A program made the translations under genes and the position numbers. A stretch of DNA of 64,000 nucleotides from Mobula hypostoma. Taxonomy: Eukaryota. Under the pieces are notes generated by a model. The model made no database searches and was not told the origin of the DNA. It saw nothing but the letters and a program-made list of their open reading frames with translations. Where the stretch lies: contig NC_086097.1 in assembly GCF_963921235.1 (NCBI RefSeq), positions 160,396,001-160,460,000 on the forward strand, written 5' to 3'. Position 1 is the stretch's first letter. Each line of letters begins with the position of its first letter. Shown one piece after another: positions 13,911 through 25,769 of this stretch.

Positions 13911-14187
13911 GAAGCAACACACACAAAATGCTGGAGGAATTCAGCAGGCCAGGCAGCAGCTATGGAAAAGAGTACATCCAACGTTTTGGGCCGAGACCAT
14001 TCAGCAGGACCTGGGCCTGCCGAAGAGTCTTGGCCAAAACATTAACTATACAGTCTGGCCGAAGGGTCTCGGCCTGAAACATCAACTGTATTCTTTTCCA
14101 CAGATGCTGCCTGGCCTGCTGAGTTCCTCCAGTCTTTTGTGCGTGTTGTTTGGATTTCCAGCACCTGCAGATTTTCTCTTGTTTGTC
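13911..14187. mobile_element. Short non-coding Penelope-derived inverted-repeat (hairpin) element inserted into Gypsy RT
   Basis: GCAACACACACAAAATGCTGGAGGAATTCAGCAGGCCAGGCAGC vs reverse complement GCTGCCTGGCCTGCTGAGTTCCTCCAG..TGTGCGTGTTG; TSD ACAGCTGTGA (13901-13910) / ACAGCTCTGA (14188-14197); splits RT motif KTAV|ITPFG. Confidence 0.85.
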
Positions 14188-16619
14188 ACAGCTCTGATAA
14201 CCCCATTTGGCTTTTTTGAGTTTCTGCACATGGTGTTTGAACTGAAAAGTGCAGCACAGACTTTCCATGGCTAAGGGACACTGTATTAAAAGACTTTATT
14301 TACCTGGATGACATACTTGTCACCAGTGCGTCCAAATTTGAACATGTATCTCATCTCCGCACACTTTTCAAGCACTTTAGCCAAAATGGGTTGGTTATTA
14401 AACCAGCTAAATACCAGTTTAGGTTGTCAAACATTGACCTTCTCAGCCATCCCATCTCCACAGAAGGTGCAAAACCCCTCCCGTCAAAGGTAGCCGCTAT
14501 TTTAGATTTCCCATTGCCCCACACTACTAAAAACTACCAGAGTTTTTAGGCATGGTGAATCTCCATCACCGCTTCATTCCTTGAGCTACTGAGTTTATGT
14601 TCCTTCTGTATAGTGCGTTGAAAGGCAATGCTCCTAATCAAGTGCCAGACATGACCGAGGCATTTGATGAAATTAAGCGAGCTCTAACTTGACCATACTG
14701 GCGTACCTGCTCCACAACACACCCATAGCCATGACAACTGAGGCCTCAGACTATGCTGTGGGTGCTGTGCACGAACAGCTGGCCGGAGGTGTATGGCAGC
14801 TGCTCACCTTCTTCATTTGGTAACTCTGCCTCCCCGAAAGAAAGTACAGCACGTTTGACCGTCAGCTGCTCAGTCTCTAACTGGCTGTCTGCCATTTTTG
14901 TTTTCTTGTAGAGGGCTGCCATTTTACAATGTCCATTGACCATAAACCACTTGTGCATGGGATGACCCAAAATATCAGACCCTTGGTTTGCACAGCAGCA
15001 AAACAACCTGGCCTACATATCAGAGTTCACAACTGATACATGTACAACATCTCAAGGAGAAAAATAATGCCTTGGCTGATTGGCTCTCAGGGCCAGCCAC
15101 TGAAGCTGGATACCTAGGGGTTGACTATGTCGCATGGCAGCTGACCAAGTTACTGACTGAGGTCCAGGCTTACCAAACAGCAGTCACGGGCCAGCAGTTG
15201 GCTGACATTAAATTCAGGGAAGCTGGGGTGCCTCTCCTGTGCAACGTCTCAATTGCTTTCCCTCGTCCCATCATGCCTGCAAACTGGAGATGGACTATTT
15301 TCCACTCCTTTCGTGGCCTCTCGCATCCGGGCCAGAAGGCCTCACAGGAACATTGCACTAAAGTTTGTTTAGAATGTCCTCAGAAAGGATGTGGGTGATT
15401 GGACAGCAGCTTGTGTGGAATACCAATGGGCAGAAATTAACCATCATGTTCAGGTGCTATTGGCACCTCTTAAGGTCCCTGAATGACAATTTGACAATGT
15501 CAATGTGGACCTTGTTGGTCCTCTTTCCCCGCCCTCCTCGCAGTTTCACACACCTTTTTGTGATGGTGGACCGTACCACCAGATGGTCAGAGGTCATCCC
15601 TCTCGCATCAATGACAGCTGCATATGCAGATTATGTGATCATCAAGACCTGGGTTGTTCAGTTTGGCACATCACCTGATAATTCCTCTGACCACAGTCCC
15701 CAGTTCTTTTCAGATCTCTGGGCTGCAATGGCCCAGAACCTCCGCATTAGGATATATTACACCACGGAATATCACTGCAGTCCAATGGCCTATGCGAGCT
15801 GTTTCACTGCTCGTTAGCGTGCTATTGTTGTGTAGATTTTTCAGTTCAATAAAATGTAATGGGGTTTCGTTAAACACTAAATGCCTCTTTTCATTTTATT
15901 TGCGGAAACCTGCATGGTCTCCTACTAATTCCTTTCTCCATTCTGTCGTCTTCAGGCAAATATCTTCCTCTATGTACTATCTGATTATTGTCCCTATACT
16001 ACAAGTGGAATGCCACTAATGTAACTATATCTGCAACTGACTGTTTTCTTCAGAAAGTCAGAAAAATAGTATTCAGTACTGCCACAGCACTCCTTGCAGA
16101 CTTCTACAAAATGGATCAATTATAGAAATCCTATAACATGCGGAAGATATAATCCAAAAATGATTGATTAGTGCACAATTCCAAGTAGCACTAATAGAGT
16201 CACTGCCTCATAGTGCCAGCGTCCCATGATTCCTAAGGTTGTGCAAGTATAGGAAGAGTTAGTTACAATGAGGTCTAAAGTGATAGCAATAGAGTGACGC
16301 CACCAGTTCACGATGATTGATGCTGTAACCTGCCTCCTCTGTACAGTAACTGTGCATGTACAAATATGATGTCCTAGTGGCACTCACACCAATAGTGTTC
16401 TGGAGACATCATTGTAGTATCCAAATGCCACCCACAGCAAAGAGGTTACTGATCACTTCCTTTTCCCGTTGACTTCCCTAGTAAACTATACCCACAATCT
16501 TATAAGGTAAATTACCTTCAGATTCTCAAGAGACTCTGCAGATGCTAGATGTCTTGAGAGACACCCAAAAATGCTGGAGGAACTTAGGAAGTCAGGCAGC
16601 ACACATGGAGGTGAATAAA

Positions 16620-16657
16620 CAGTCGATGTTTCAGGCCAAAACCCTTCATAAGGACTG
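16620..16657 (-). ncRNA. Degenerate minimal hammerhead motif
   Basis: Minus strand: CAGTC-CTTATGA-AGGGTTTTGGCCT-GAA-ACAT-C-GACTG; perfect 5-bp stem I, one core mutation. Confidence 0.6.
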
Positions 16658-16754
16658 GAAAGTAAGGGGCTAGAAGTCAGAATAAGAAGGTGAGGGAGGG
16701 GGAGGAGGACAAGGTGAATGGTGAAACCATGTGAGGGGGAAGATGGGTCGGTGG

Positions 16755-17186
16755 TGTAGGAGTCATCCATCTACTTTTGTCTGCCTATATTGTATTTTGT
16801 GTTGCGTTTACTATGGGTAGTATGTCATGTGGACTGAGGCATGGTAGAAGCATAAGTATAGTTACATATTCACATTTTGTCTAAGTTCAGTTTAGTCTGG
16901 TTAGAGCCAGGGAGTAGGCTGGGGTGGGAGGGGTGACTTTTTTCATTGACTGCTAATGCTTAGACCATTATATCATTATTACACTGCTTATTTTGCTATA
17001 TTGCTAGTGTTAGTTTAGTTAGTTTTTTCTCACTACTAGATTGTTCATCTTTGCTGGTTTCTTAATAAAGGATCAAATGTACTCTTTTGAACTTTGGAAC
17101 TTCATTATTTTGGAGTATGTCATACAGTGTCCACCCCCATGCTTAGTCCCTGAGCGGTGTCAATTTGTTTTCAAGTAACTGCTACA
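16755..17186 (+). mobile_element. Solo LTR (432 bp)
   Basis: TGTAGGAG...CTGCTACA termini, AATAAA near 17064, flanks GGTGG/GGTAG; splits the PLE fragment. Confidence 0.75.
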
Positions 17187-17799
17187 GGTAGATGGGGATA
17201 ACGTAAAAAGCTGGGAGGTGATAGGTGGAAGAAGTAAAGGCCTGAAGCAGAGGACGACGGAAGGAAAAAAAGGAGGAGGGGCACCAGACGGAGGTGATGG
17301 GTAGATGAGGAGAAGAGAAGAGGAGAGCGGGGAACCAGAATAGGGAATTGAAGAAGACAAAAGAGGGGAGGGCGAGTAATCACCAGAAGTTAGGGAAATT
17401 GATGAACCTTCTGACTCGTGCTCAGCCACGATTGGGGAATATCCAGACTTCTTCTTTATTTAGTTTAAACCTTGAGAAAAATGGCAAAATATATCTGATT
17501 TCCAGTAATTGTCTATCTGCAAGACCCCTCTGCACTAGTTCTTGTGCAGTCCTGTCCTGCGACTTTTTGTTCTGACTGTTCACTGCCGAAGACTGCCAAT
17601 CAATGTCTTAACAGACCATTAGCTCCCTTTTAATTTCATGCTCCAAATCCAATCAACACATTTCTCCTTCAATGGTCACAGTCAAACACTCCCTTCCATG
17701 AAAATTGGCCTTGTTTTGCAGTTGTTCTTCATACAAAACTACATCAAAATAAATACTGGGCATAAAGTAGCTCGTTTCAAAGAATTTACTTCATCAGAT

Positions 17800-19070
17800 G
17801 CAATGACTCTATGATGGATGTCATAGTATCTGTCATTCACCTAGTCCTGACATACCTAGAAAACAACAGCACTTATGTTAGAATGCTGTTTCAGGATTTC
17901 AGTTTGGCATTCAACACTATTGTCCCACCAACCCTGGTGAACAAACTCCCACTCCTTGGTCTAAATACACCACTGTGCAACGACGTGTTCGACTTCCAAA
18001 CGAACAGATCTCAGACAGTCAAGATGCACAACGGCCCCTCCCACCCCGTTGTCCTCGACATGAGTGCACCGCCTGCCGAGACCACTATTATACACTCTAC
18101 TCATGCACAATTGCACGGCCAAACATCTGTGCAATCACATTGTCAAGTTCGCCAATGACACAACAGAGTTGGGGCTCATCACCGTCAATGAAGACACAGC
18201 CTACAGAGAGGAGGTGGAAGAGCTCAAGGCCTGGTGCCAAGCAAATAACCTATTCCTCCATGTCAACAAGACAAAGGAGATGTTTACTGACTTCAGGAGA
18301 ACTCACACCATTCACACCCGCCCTTTACGTCAATGGCACAGCAGTAGAACCTGCAAGTAGTTTAAATTTCTGGAAGTGCACATCTTGTACAACCTTTCAT
18401 GGTCCCAGAACACGCCCTACACAGTCAAGGAAGATCAATAATGCCTCTACTTTCTGAGGAGACTGAAGAGAGCTGGATTTTGCACTTCCTTACTCACGTC
18501 ATTCTACAGATGCGCAGTAGGGAACATCCTAACAAGCTGCATCACTGCTTGGTACAGAGACTGTACTGCAGCAGACAGGAAGGCTTGACAAGAGGTAGTC
18601 AAAGTTGCTCAATGCTTCACTGGCACCAGCCTATCCACCATCAGGGACATATATACAGGAAGATGCAGAAAAGGGGCCAGTAACATCATGAAGGATGACA
18701 CACACTCTGCTCAGAGACTGTTTGCCCCATTCCCATCAGGGAGGAGAGATGTAGCATCCATGCCAGGACCACCAGACTCAAAAACAGTTACTTTCCCAAG
18801 TAGTAGGTCTGATCAACACTTCCACCCATAACTCCACCAGTACTTTATCATTTCCCTTCAGTCATCTTACATACAGTGCAGTACAACTTTATGGGCATAT
18901 AATCAATCCATGTATATAAACTACCTTATGTATTTACATTTTTATGTCTTTTTATTATTGTGTTCTTTATCTTTTGTGATTTTGTTTTGGTGCTGCATCA
19001 GATCCGGAGTAACAATTATTTCATTCCTCTTACACCTGTGTACAGAAAATGATATTAAACAATCTTGAAT
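17800..19070 (+). mobile_element. Rex1/Babar-type LINE, 5'-truncated (RT to 3' tail)
   Basis: TYVRMLFQDFSLAFNTIVP, IVKFANDTT, LKAWCQANNLFLHVNKTKEM (ORFs 17811, 18064). Confidence 0.9.
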
Positions 19071-19246
19071 TATCAATTTACCCAATTTATCCCAAATTAG
19101 CATTGTCATGGATGGCGATGATTGGTTTCCACACAGAATTTTAGCATAGTTTCCTGAGCTGTTCAACTGGCTTGTGAATTGGCTTCTCTCACTTTGAAAC
19201 AAAAGACTGCAGATATAAGGACTTTCTGAAGTCCTTTTCCAAGGAC

Positions 19247-19390
19247 AGCACAGTGGTGTGGTTAATAAAGTCTTGAATGCTCTCTGTGTAGAGTCTGTAT
19301 GATCTCCTTGTGACTCTGTGGGTTTCTTCCAAGTGCTCCCATTTCTTCTCATATCCCAAAAGCATGTGAGCTAATTAGTCACTATAGATA
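19247..19390 (+). mobile_element. V-SINE fragment
   Basis: CAGCACAGTGGTGTGGTT head; GTGGGTTTCTTCCAAGTGCTCC..TCCCAAAAG V-domain. Confidence 0.6.
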
Positions 19391-19550
19391 TTAGGAGATG
19401 CTCCCAACCATGCCAACTTCTGAGATTTAAACACTCAAACTCTCCAAAGAATGGATAGCTGGCATGGCCTTTTAAAGGGCTTAGGATGTTCCCGTTAATT
19501 AATAATCATGTTTTGGCACTAAAAATTGAGTATTTAAGGAACACATCATC

Positions 19551-19925
19551 TAGAAACATAGAAACATAGAAAATAGGTGCAGGAGTAGGCCATTCGGCCC
19601 TTCGAGCCTGCACCGCCATTTATTATGATCATGGCTGATCATCCAACTCAGAACCCCGCCCCAGCCTTCCCTCCATACCCCCTGACCCCCGTAGCCACAA
19701 GGGCCATATCTAACTCCCTCTTAAACATAGCCAATGAACTGGCCTCAACAGTTTCCTGTGGCAGAGAATTCCACAGATTCACCACTCTCTGTGTGAAGAA
19801 GTTTTTCCTAATCTCAGTCCTAAAAGGCTTCCCCTCAATCCTCAAACTGTGACCCCTCGTTCTGGACTTCCCCAACATCAGGAACAATCTTCCTGCATCT
19901 AGCCTGTCCAATCCCTTTAGGATTT
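19551..19925 (-). mobile_element. Young CR1 3' end
   Basis: ORF 19648-19911 (SRTRGHSLRIEGKPFRTEIRKNFFTQRVVNLWNSLP); (AGAAACAT)n tail. Confidence 0.93.
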
Positions 19926-20524
19926 CTTTTATTTTTTTCTAGTGTTTCTTTTATGCTCTGATCCAGTTTGATAACATGTCTCGAACCTTGCTTCAGATAC
20001 CCCAGCATTTGGGTCCAAACCATCCTCATCAATGACTCTCAGCACAATAGACTACTATTGTGTAAATGAGTTGTAGAATCTGAGGAGAATTGACAAGAAT
20101 GTGAGGAGAATAAAACACTGAATTCATATAGTATGAGTATATTTCTGTGTTTAGTGATCAGCATGGGCTTAGTGAGTCAGTTTCTATGCTGCATTTCATG
20201 ATTGTATAACCTTCCCAAGTCTGTGTATCCTAGGCACCTCTTCTCCCTCAACCAACGTCACCATAACTACAAGATATTACTCAATGCAAATTGGTATCAG
20301 TGTCATTTTATTATCATCATATATAGCAAGTATAGTGAAAAACGTACCTTGTATTCTGATCATACAGATCAGACCATTGTGCCGTGCATTGAGCTAGAGT
20401 AATGTAAAACACAGGAATGCAGAATAAAATGTTAAAGGTATCAAAAATGTGCATTCAAAATTTGGCCCACAATTTCTACACTGAACATGGTTCAGAATTA
20501 AAATAAATCTCCAAATCAGCAGTG

Positions 20525-22030
20525 AGGACCATACAAAGATTACAAAGCAGCAGTGAGGTCATGGACCCTACACAGATTACAGAGGAGAAGGTGTTTGCTG
20601 TCTTGAAGCAAACTAGGGTGGATAAACTCTCAGGACCTACCAAGGTATTCCCTTGGACCTTGTGGGAGGCTAGTGCAGGAATTGCAGGCTCCTTGGTAAA
20701 GGTATTTAAAATGTCCTTAGCCTATGGGTAAGGTGCCACAGGATTGGAGGATAGCTAATGTTGTTCCGTTGTTTCAGAAAGGCCTAAGAATAAACTGGGA
20801 ACTGGTGAGCCTGACATAACTGTAGTGGAAGGTATTCCAAGTGACTGGTTATATGAATATTTGGATAGACAGGGATTGGTTAGGGATGGCAACATGGCTT
20901 TATTTATGGTAGGTTATGTCTAACCAATCTTATAGAATTTTTCAAGGAAATTACCTGGAATGCTGATGAAGGAAAAGCAGTGGAAGTTGTCTACATGGAC
21001 TTTAGCAAGGCCTTTGACAAAGTCTTGCATGGGTGGTTGGTTAAGGATGTTCAGTCACCAGGCATTCAAGATGAGGTAGTAAATTGGATTAGACATTGGT
21101 TTCACAGGAGAAGCCAGAGAGTCGGACCAGATGCTTGCCTCTCTGACTGAAAGCCTCTGACTAGTGGAGGGCCACAGAGATTGGTGCTGAGTCCATGGCT
21201 GTTTGTCATCTCTATCAACAATCTGGATGATGATGTGGTAAACTGGATCTGCAAATTTGTAGATAATGCTAAGATTGGGGTTGTAGAGGACAGTAAGGAA
21301 GGCTATCAAAGTTTGCAGCGTGATCTTGATCAGATGAAAAAGTGGGCTAAAAAATGGCAGGTGGAATTTAATGCAGAGAACTGTGAGGTGCTGAACTTTA
21401 GGATGACAAAAGCAGGATGAATTGTAAGCCACTGCAAACTGCAGTAGAACAGAGGAATCTGGGAATACAGATCCATAATTCCTTGGCATCATAGTTAGAT
21501 AGGGTCATAAAGAGAACTTTTGGCACATTGGCCTTCATAAATCAAAGTATCGAGTACAGTAGTTGGGATGATATGTTGAAATTGTATAAGACATTGGTAA
21601 GATCTAATTTGGAGTATTTTGTGCAGTTCTCATCACCTAACTATAGGAAAGATATTAATAAAATTGGAAGTATATTGAGAAAATCTACAATAATGTTGCC
21701 AGGACTTAAGGACCTGAAGTATAGAGAAATGTTGAATAGGTTAGGACTATTCCCTGGAGCATAACAGAATGAGGGAAAGTTTGATAGAGGTATACAGAAT
21801 GATGAGGGGTACAGATGAGGTGAATGCAAGCAGGATTTTTCCACTGAGGGTGGGTGACCAGAAATAGATCTCATAGGATAAGGGGGGAAAGTGAAACATT
21901 TAAGGGGAACATTGGTGGGAACTTCTCTCAGGGGGTGGTGAGAGTGTGAAACAAACTGGCAGTGGAAGTATTGGATGCAGGTTTGATTTCGACATGTAAG
22001 AGAAATTTGGATAGATATATGGATGGATGG
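20525..22030 (+). mobile_element. CR1 ORF2 (RT) fragment with internal deletions
   Basis: VDKLSGP, DWRIANVVPLF, VYMDFSKAFDKV, INNLDDDV..KFVDNAKIG, LYKTLVRSNLEY. Confidence 0.92.
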
Positions 22031-22032
22031 TG

Positions 22033-22305
22033 GGGTGGTATAGTGGTGCATGCAATGGCATTGCTTCTTCACATCTCCAGTGACCTGGGTTCAATCCATC
22101 TTAGCAAAGGGTTTGTACCTTCTTCCCGTGATCATGTGTGTTTCCGTGGTGCTTGATTTCTTCCCAGATCATAGACGTGTAGGTTGGTAGGCTAATTGGC
22201 CACTGTAAATTGTCCTTAGTGTATATGTGAGTGGTAGAAGCTGTAATTAGTTGATGGGAATATGATATGAACAAAATGAAATTAGTATAAATAGGTGTGA
22301 GATCA
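22033..22305 (+). mobile_element. V-SINE (tRNA head)
   Basis: GACCTGGGTTCAATCC B-box; GGCTAATTGGCCACTGTAAATTGTCC V-domain. Confidence 0.75.
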
Positions 22306-22477
22306 TTCAGAGTAGTTATAGAGAAAGCAGATACATTTATGTTCTCCATAAAACTATTAGGAACCGTCTCAGAAAAGAAGTTAAGGCTTTGGACAACGTA
22401 GCCTTGATTCTATTGAGGACAGGGTGCAAATGAAATGTATTATATATATTTAGGAAGTAACATCTTCAATTTGTTTT

Positions 22478-24015
22478 TGTCACAGTCCTGATCGGTTATT
22501 TCCTGGTTCCCTTTAAATATCTTTTGTGTCACGATTCGGCCGTTGACTCCTTTTTTTCCTTTAGTTCATTGCTTCCCTGTGTTTCTTGGGCTCTGTGATT
22601 AAGGGCACTTGATTCTCAGCTGAACGGTCAGTATATAGTGTCGGGTTTACAGATGCTCGGGGCTAGACTGTCACCTGACGACACCTCACGTCACCAAAGC
22701 AAGTGCGAGCAAGTCACCTTGCCAGAGTGAGCCAAGTCATATCGCCGGAGCAAGTCAAGTCTTCTCCCTGAAGCAAGGGCCAGTAAGTCGCCTCTCCTCG
22801 CCGGAGCCAGCCTGTCAAGTTACCGCGCCTGAGCGAGTCTGCTATGCTACCTTGCCAGAGCAGGTCCATCAAGTTAACCTGCCGGAGTGAGTCAAGAGCC
22901 GCTGTCTGTAGTTGTGGGACTGAGTTGAGAGCTCACCGCTACTTGGAGCCACTTCGTGACAAGATAAAGAACTGTTTATCGTTGTGTGGTTTTGTCTCTT
23001 CGTGTCTTCACCTCCGCTGGGTAGGTCCAGCCGTTTGCCGCTACCCTGAGTGGTGAACTGTCTCTTCGTGTTTTGTGCTCCGTGTCCTGTGTCCAAGGAA
23101 GTGTCCTGGTTCTGTGTCCTGTATCCAAGGAAGAGTCCTGGTTCTGTGTCCTGTATCCAAGGAAGAGTCCGGCTCTGTGACCTGTGTCCAAGGAAGAGTC
23201 CCGGCTCTGTGTCCTGTGTCTAAGAAGAGTGCTGGTTCTGTGTCCTGTATCCAAGGAAGAGTCCCGGCTCTGTGTTCTGTGTCCAAGAAGAGTCCCGGCT
23301 CTGTGTCCTGTGTCTAAGAAGAGTGCTGGTTCTGTGTCCTGTATCCAAGGAAGAGTCCCGGCTCTGTGTCCTGTATCCAAGGAAGAGTCCTGGTTCTGTG
23401 TCCTGTATCCAAGGAAGAGTGCTGGTTCTGTGTCCTGTATCCAAGGAAGAGTGCTGGTTCTGTGTCCTGTATCCAAGGAAGTGTCCTGGTTCTGTGTCCT
23501 GTATCCAAGGAAGAGTCCCGGCTCTGTGACCTGTGTCCAAGGAAGAGTCCCGGCTCTGTGTCCTGTGTCTAAGAAGAGTGCTGGTTCTGTGTCCTGTATC
23601 CAAGGAAGAGTCCCAGCTCTGTGTTCTGTGTCCAAGAAGAGTCATGGCTCTGTGTCCTGTATCCAAGGAAGAGTTCTGGTTCTGTGTTTCAGTGTTCCGA
23701 GTTCCAAGTCCAGGCTCCAATGTTCTGAGTCCCAAGTCCAGGCTCCAATGTTCCCAGTTCCAAGTCCAAGTCCGGATCCCGAGTTCGAAGGCCCAGTCCA
23801 AGCCTAGGCCCTGAGTCCCAGTCTAAGTCCAGGGTCCGAGCCCAACTCCAGCCATGCATATTCCCACTTCCGCTTCATTCACTCCTTGATGTCTTTCTGT
23901 ACAATCCTTGCTTCCCTGCTTTCCCAGTAACTATTAATAAACTCTATTTTTGTTATCGCTACAAAACATGTTTGTGTCCTGCATTTGGGTCCACCTGTGC
24001 TCCACACTTGTGACA
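22478..24015 (+). mobile_element. Solo LTR (1538 bp) with 5-bp TSD and internal tandem repeats
   Basis: TGTCAC...GTGACA termini; GTTTT on both flanks (22473-22477, 24016-24020); TATA-like TATATA near 22633; AATAAA near 23935. Confidence 0.88.
23082..23690. repeat. Minisatellite, ~19 copies of a 31-32 bp unit CCAAGGAAGAGTCCTGGTTCTGTGTCCTGTAT
   Basis: Direct tandem units read from the sequence; explains the repetitive six-frame ORFs. Confidence 0.97.
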
Positions 24016-24054
24016 GTTTTCCAGTATTCTTTTTGACTCAGTCCGATACATCAT

Positions 24055-24445
24055 AATACCATAAGACATAGTGACATGATTAGGCCTTTCAATTATGGCT
24101 GATTTATTTCCCCTCTCATCCCCATTCTCCAGCCTTCTCCCCGTAATCTTTGAAATCCTGACCAGTTAAGATCCTATCAATCTCTACTTATATCCAATGA
24201 CTTGGCCTCCACAGCCAGTTGTGGCAATGAATTCCACAGATTCACCAAGAAATTCCTTCTCATTTCTGTTCAGAAGGAAGATCCCTGAATTCTGAGGCTG
24301 TCCCCTCTGGTCATAGACTCTTCCATGACTGGAAACATCCTCTCCACATCCACTATCTAGGCCCCTCAATATTTGGTGGATTTTAATGAGAACTCCCTCA
24401 TTCTTATAAACTCCAAAGAGTACAGACCTAGAGCCATCAAACATT
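24055..24445 (-). mobile_element. CR1 3' fragment
   Basis: ACCATAAGACATAG tail; GTGGCAATGAATTCCACAGATTCACCA. Confidence 0.85.
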
Positions 24446-24539
24446 CCCAGTGCTCTGACTCAACTTCAGTAACCAACTTTGCGGTAAATTTCCTAACATC
24501 CTAAGAAATCAGAGTTGACTCACTAATACTCTCACTCAC

Positions 24540-25075
24540 TCGAAGGATAGATTTCTCAGAGAGTGATTACAAAAAGTAACGGATACAACCCAGTCCATCA
24601 CAGGGAAAGCCCTTCCCCCCATTGAATAAATCTACAAGTAAGTAGCCTGCATTTTCAGGAATGCCTACCATCTGGGCCATGCTCTCTTCTCACTCCTGCC
24701 ATTGGGAAGATTAGGTCCCACACCACCAGGTTCATGAACAGTTATTACCCTTCAACCATCAGACTCCTGAACCAGTGTGAAAAACTTCACTCACATCAAC
24801 ACCGAACTGATCACTGAATACAACCTATGAACTCATTTTCAAGGACTCTACAATTTATATTCTCAGAATTATCTATGTATTTATTTAGTATTATTAGTAT
24901 TATTATTATTATTTTATATTTGCACAATCAGTCTTCTTTTGCACATTGGTTGCTTGTCAGTCTTTGTGTCATTTTTCATTGATTATATTGTATTTCTTTG
25001 AACTACAGTGAATGCTTGCAATGAAATGAGTTTGTGGTGACAAGTATGTATCATGACAATAAGTTTACTTTAAGG
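24540..25075 (+). mobile_element. Rex1-type LINE 3' end
   Basis: CAGTCCATCACAGG..CACACCACCAGGTTCATGAACAGTTATTACCC..GACAATAAGTTTACTTT tail. Confidence 0.8.
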
Positions 25076-25769
25076 TGTGAATTTTGAACCAAGTATCTTC
25101 TGCTGAAAAGTAATTGAATGACACCTTAATTTGGCTTCTCACAACCTGCCAGAAGAATTTAGTGGGTTGAGCAGTATTAGTGTGAGAGAAAAAAAAATCA
25201 ATATTTGAGCCAAAGGTTCGTGCAAGTGAGATATTTTTCTATGGGGATTCCACAATTTTCTGCTATTTGTTCATGTTGCATTTTTCCAAGTTTCTGCAGT
25301 TGTTCTTCTGAAATTACAGGATTACAGAGGGAAAGATTATTTATGGAAATCATGGAGCATACCTCAGGTCTAAACATGACTATGATGTCCATTGCAGTGA
25401 GAAAACATTTTTAGTATAGTGATTTCAAACAGGTTCAATCTAAATTGAAACCTACTTAATCAATATTAATTTACATAGTCAAATTTCATCTAGAACACTG
25501 CAAGAAAAGTATAATTGTAATGATTTCTTATTCCAGCTCTTGTTGCTAACAATTGTTTATGAGAGATCTAAATTGTAAACTAAGCACTTAGTGATTAAAG
25601 AGTGTTTTGGTAGGCCTGGTATTCAACACAATTAACACAGTGGCACCCATTGATTAGGCTGACTCATTCAAATGGCAATAACATCTGCATTGGCAGTGCA
25701 AGGAATTTTAATGAAAGATAAACTGCACTCAAACGAAAACAGACCAATATTTACTGGTTTAGTGAAAAG

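Larger units (their letters stand above)
12179..15914 (+). mobile_element. Decayed Ty3/Gypsy provirus with both LTRs (3' LTR partial), PBS and 4-bp TSD
   Basis: 5' LTR TGTAGG..CCTACA 12179-12365; PBS TGGTGACCCCG; gag AVTLKLLEFWKQNAVAW..EAQFALR; RT ATAKAEFANMERLGMVRQSSSTWASP..DHYPVPHIQ..FSKVDL, YLDDIL; RNase H; integrase HLFVMVDRTTRWSEVIPL; partial 3' LTR ~15816-15914; TGGT on both flanks. Confidence 0.93.
16520..17410 (-). mobile_element. Penelope-like pseudo-LTR fragment, interrupted by a solo LTR
   Basis: CTGCAGATGCT..AAAATGCTGGAGGAACT..AGTCGATGTTTCAGGCC; purine-rich body resumes at 17187; similar to 38.27-38.7 kb. Confidence 0.8.

Noticed and set aside
13487..14077. RT fused to a novel C-terminal domain
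   Set aside because: The apparent fusion is read-through from Gypsy RT into the inserted hairpin element
23082..23690. CRISPR-like array of ~32-bp repeats
   Set aside because: Units are directly adjacent with no unique spacers and no cas genes; it lies inside a eukaryotic LTR and is a minisatellite
22976..23814. Long repetitive ORFs (up to 219 aa) on both strands
   Set aside because: By-product of the stop-poor tandem unit; open in several frames on both strands
25198..25309. Protein-like segment EEQLQKLGKMQHEQIAENCGIPIEKYL after a minus-strand acceptor
   Set aside because: No recognisable homology, no good donor site and no partner exons; cannot support a CDS
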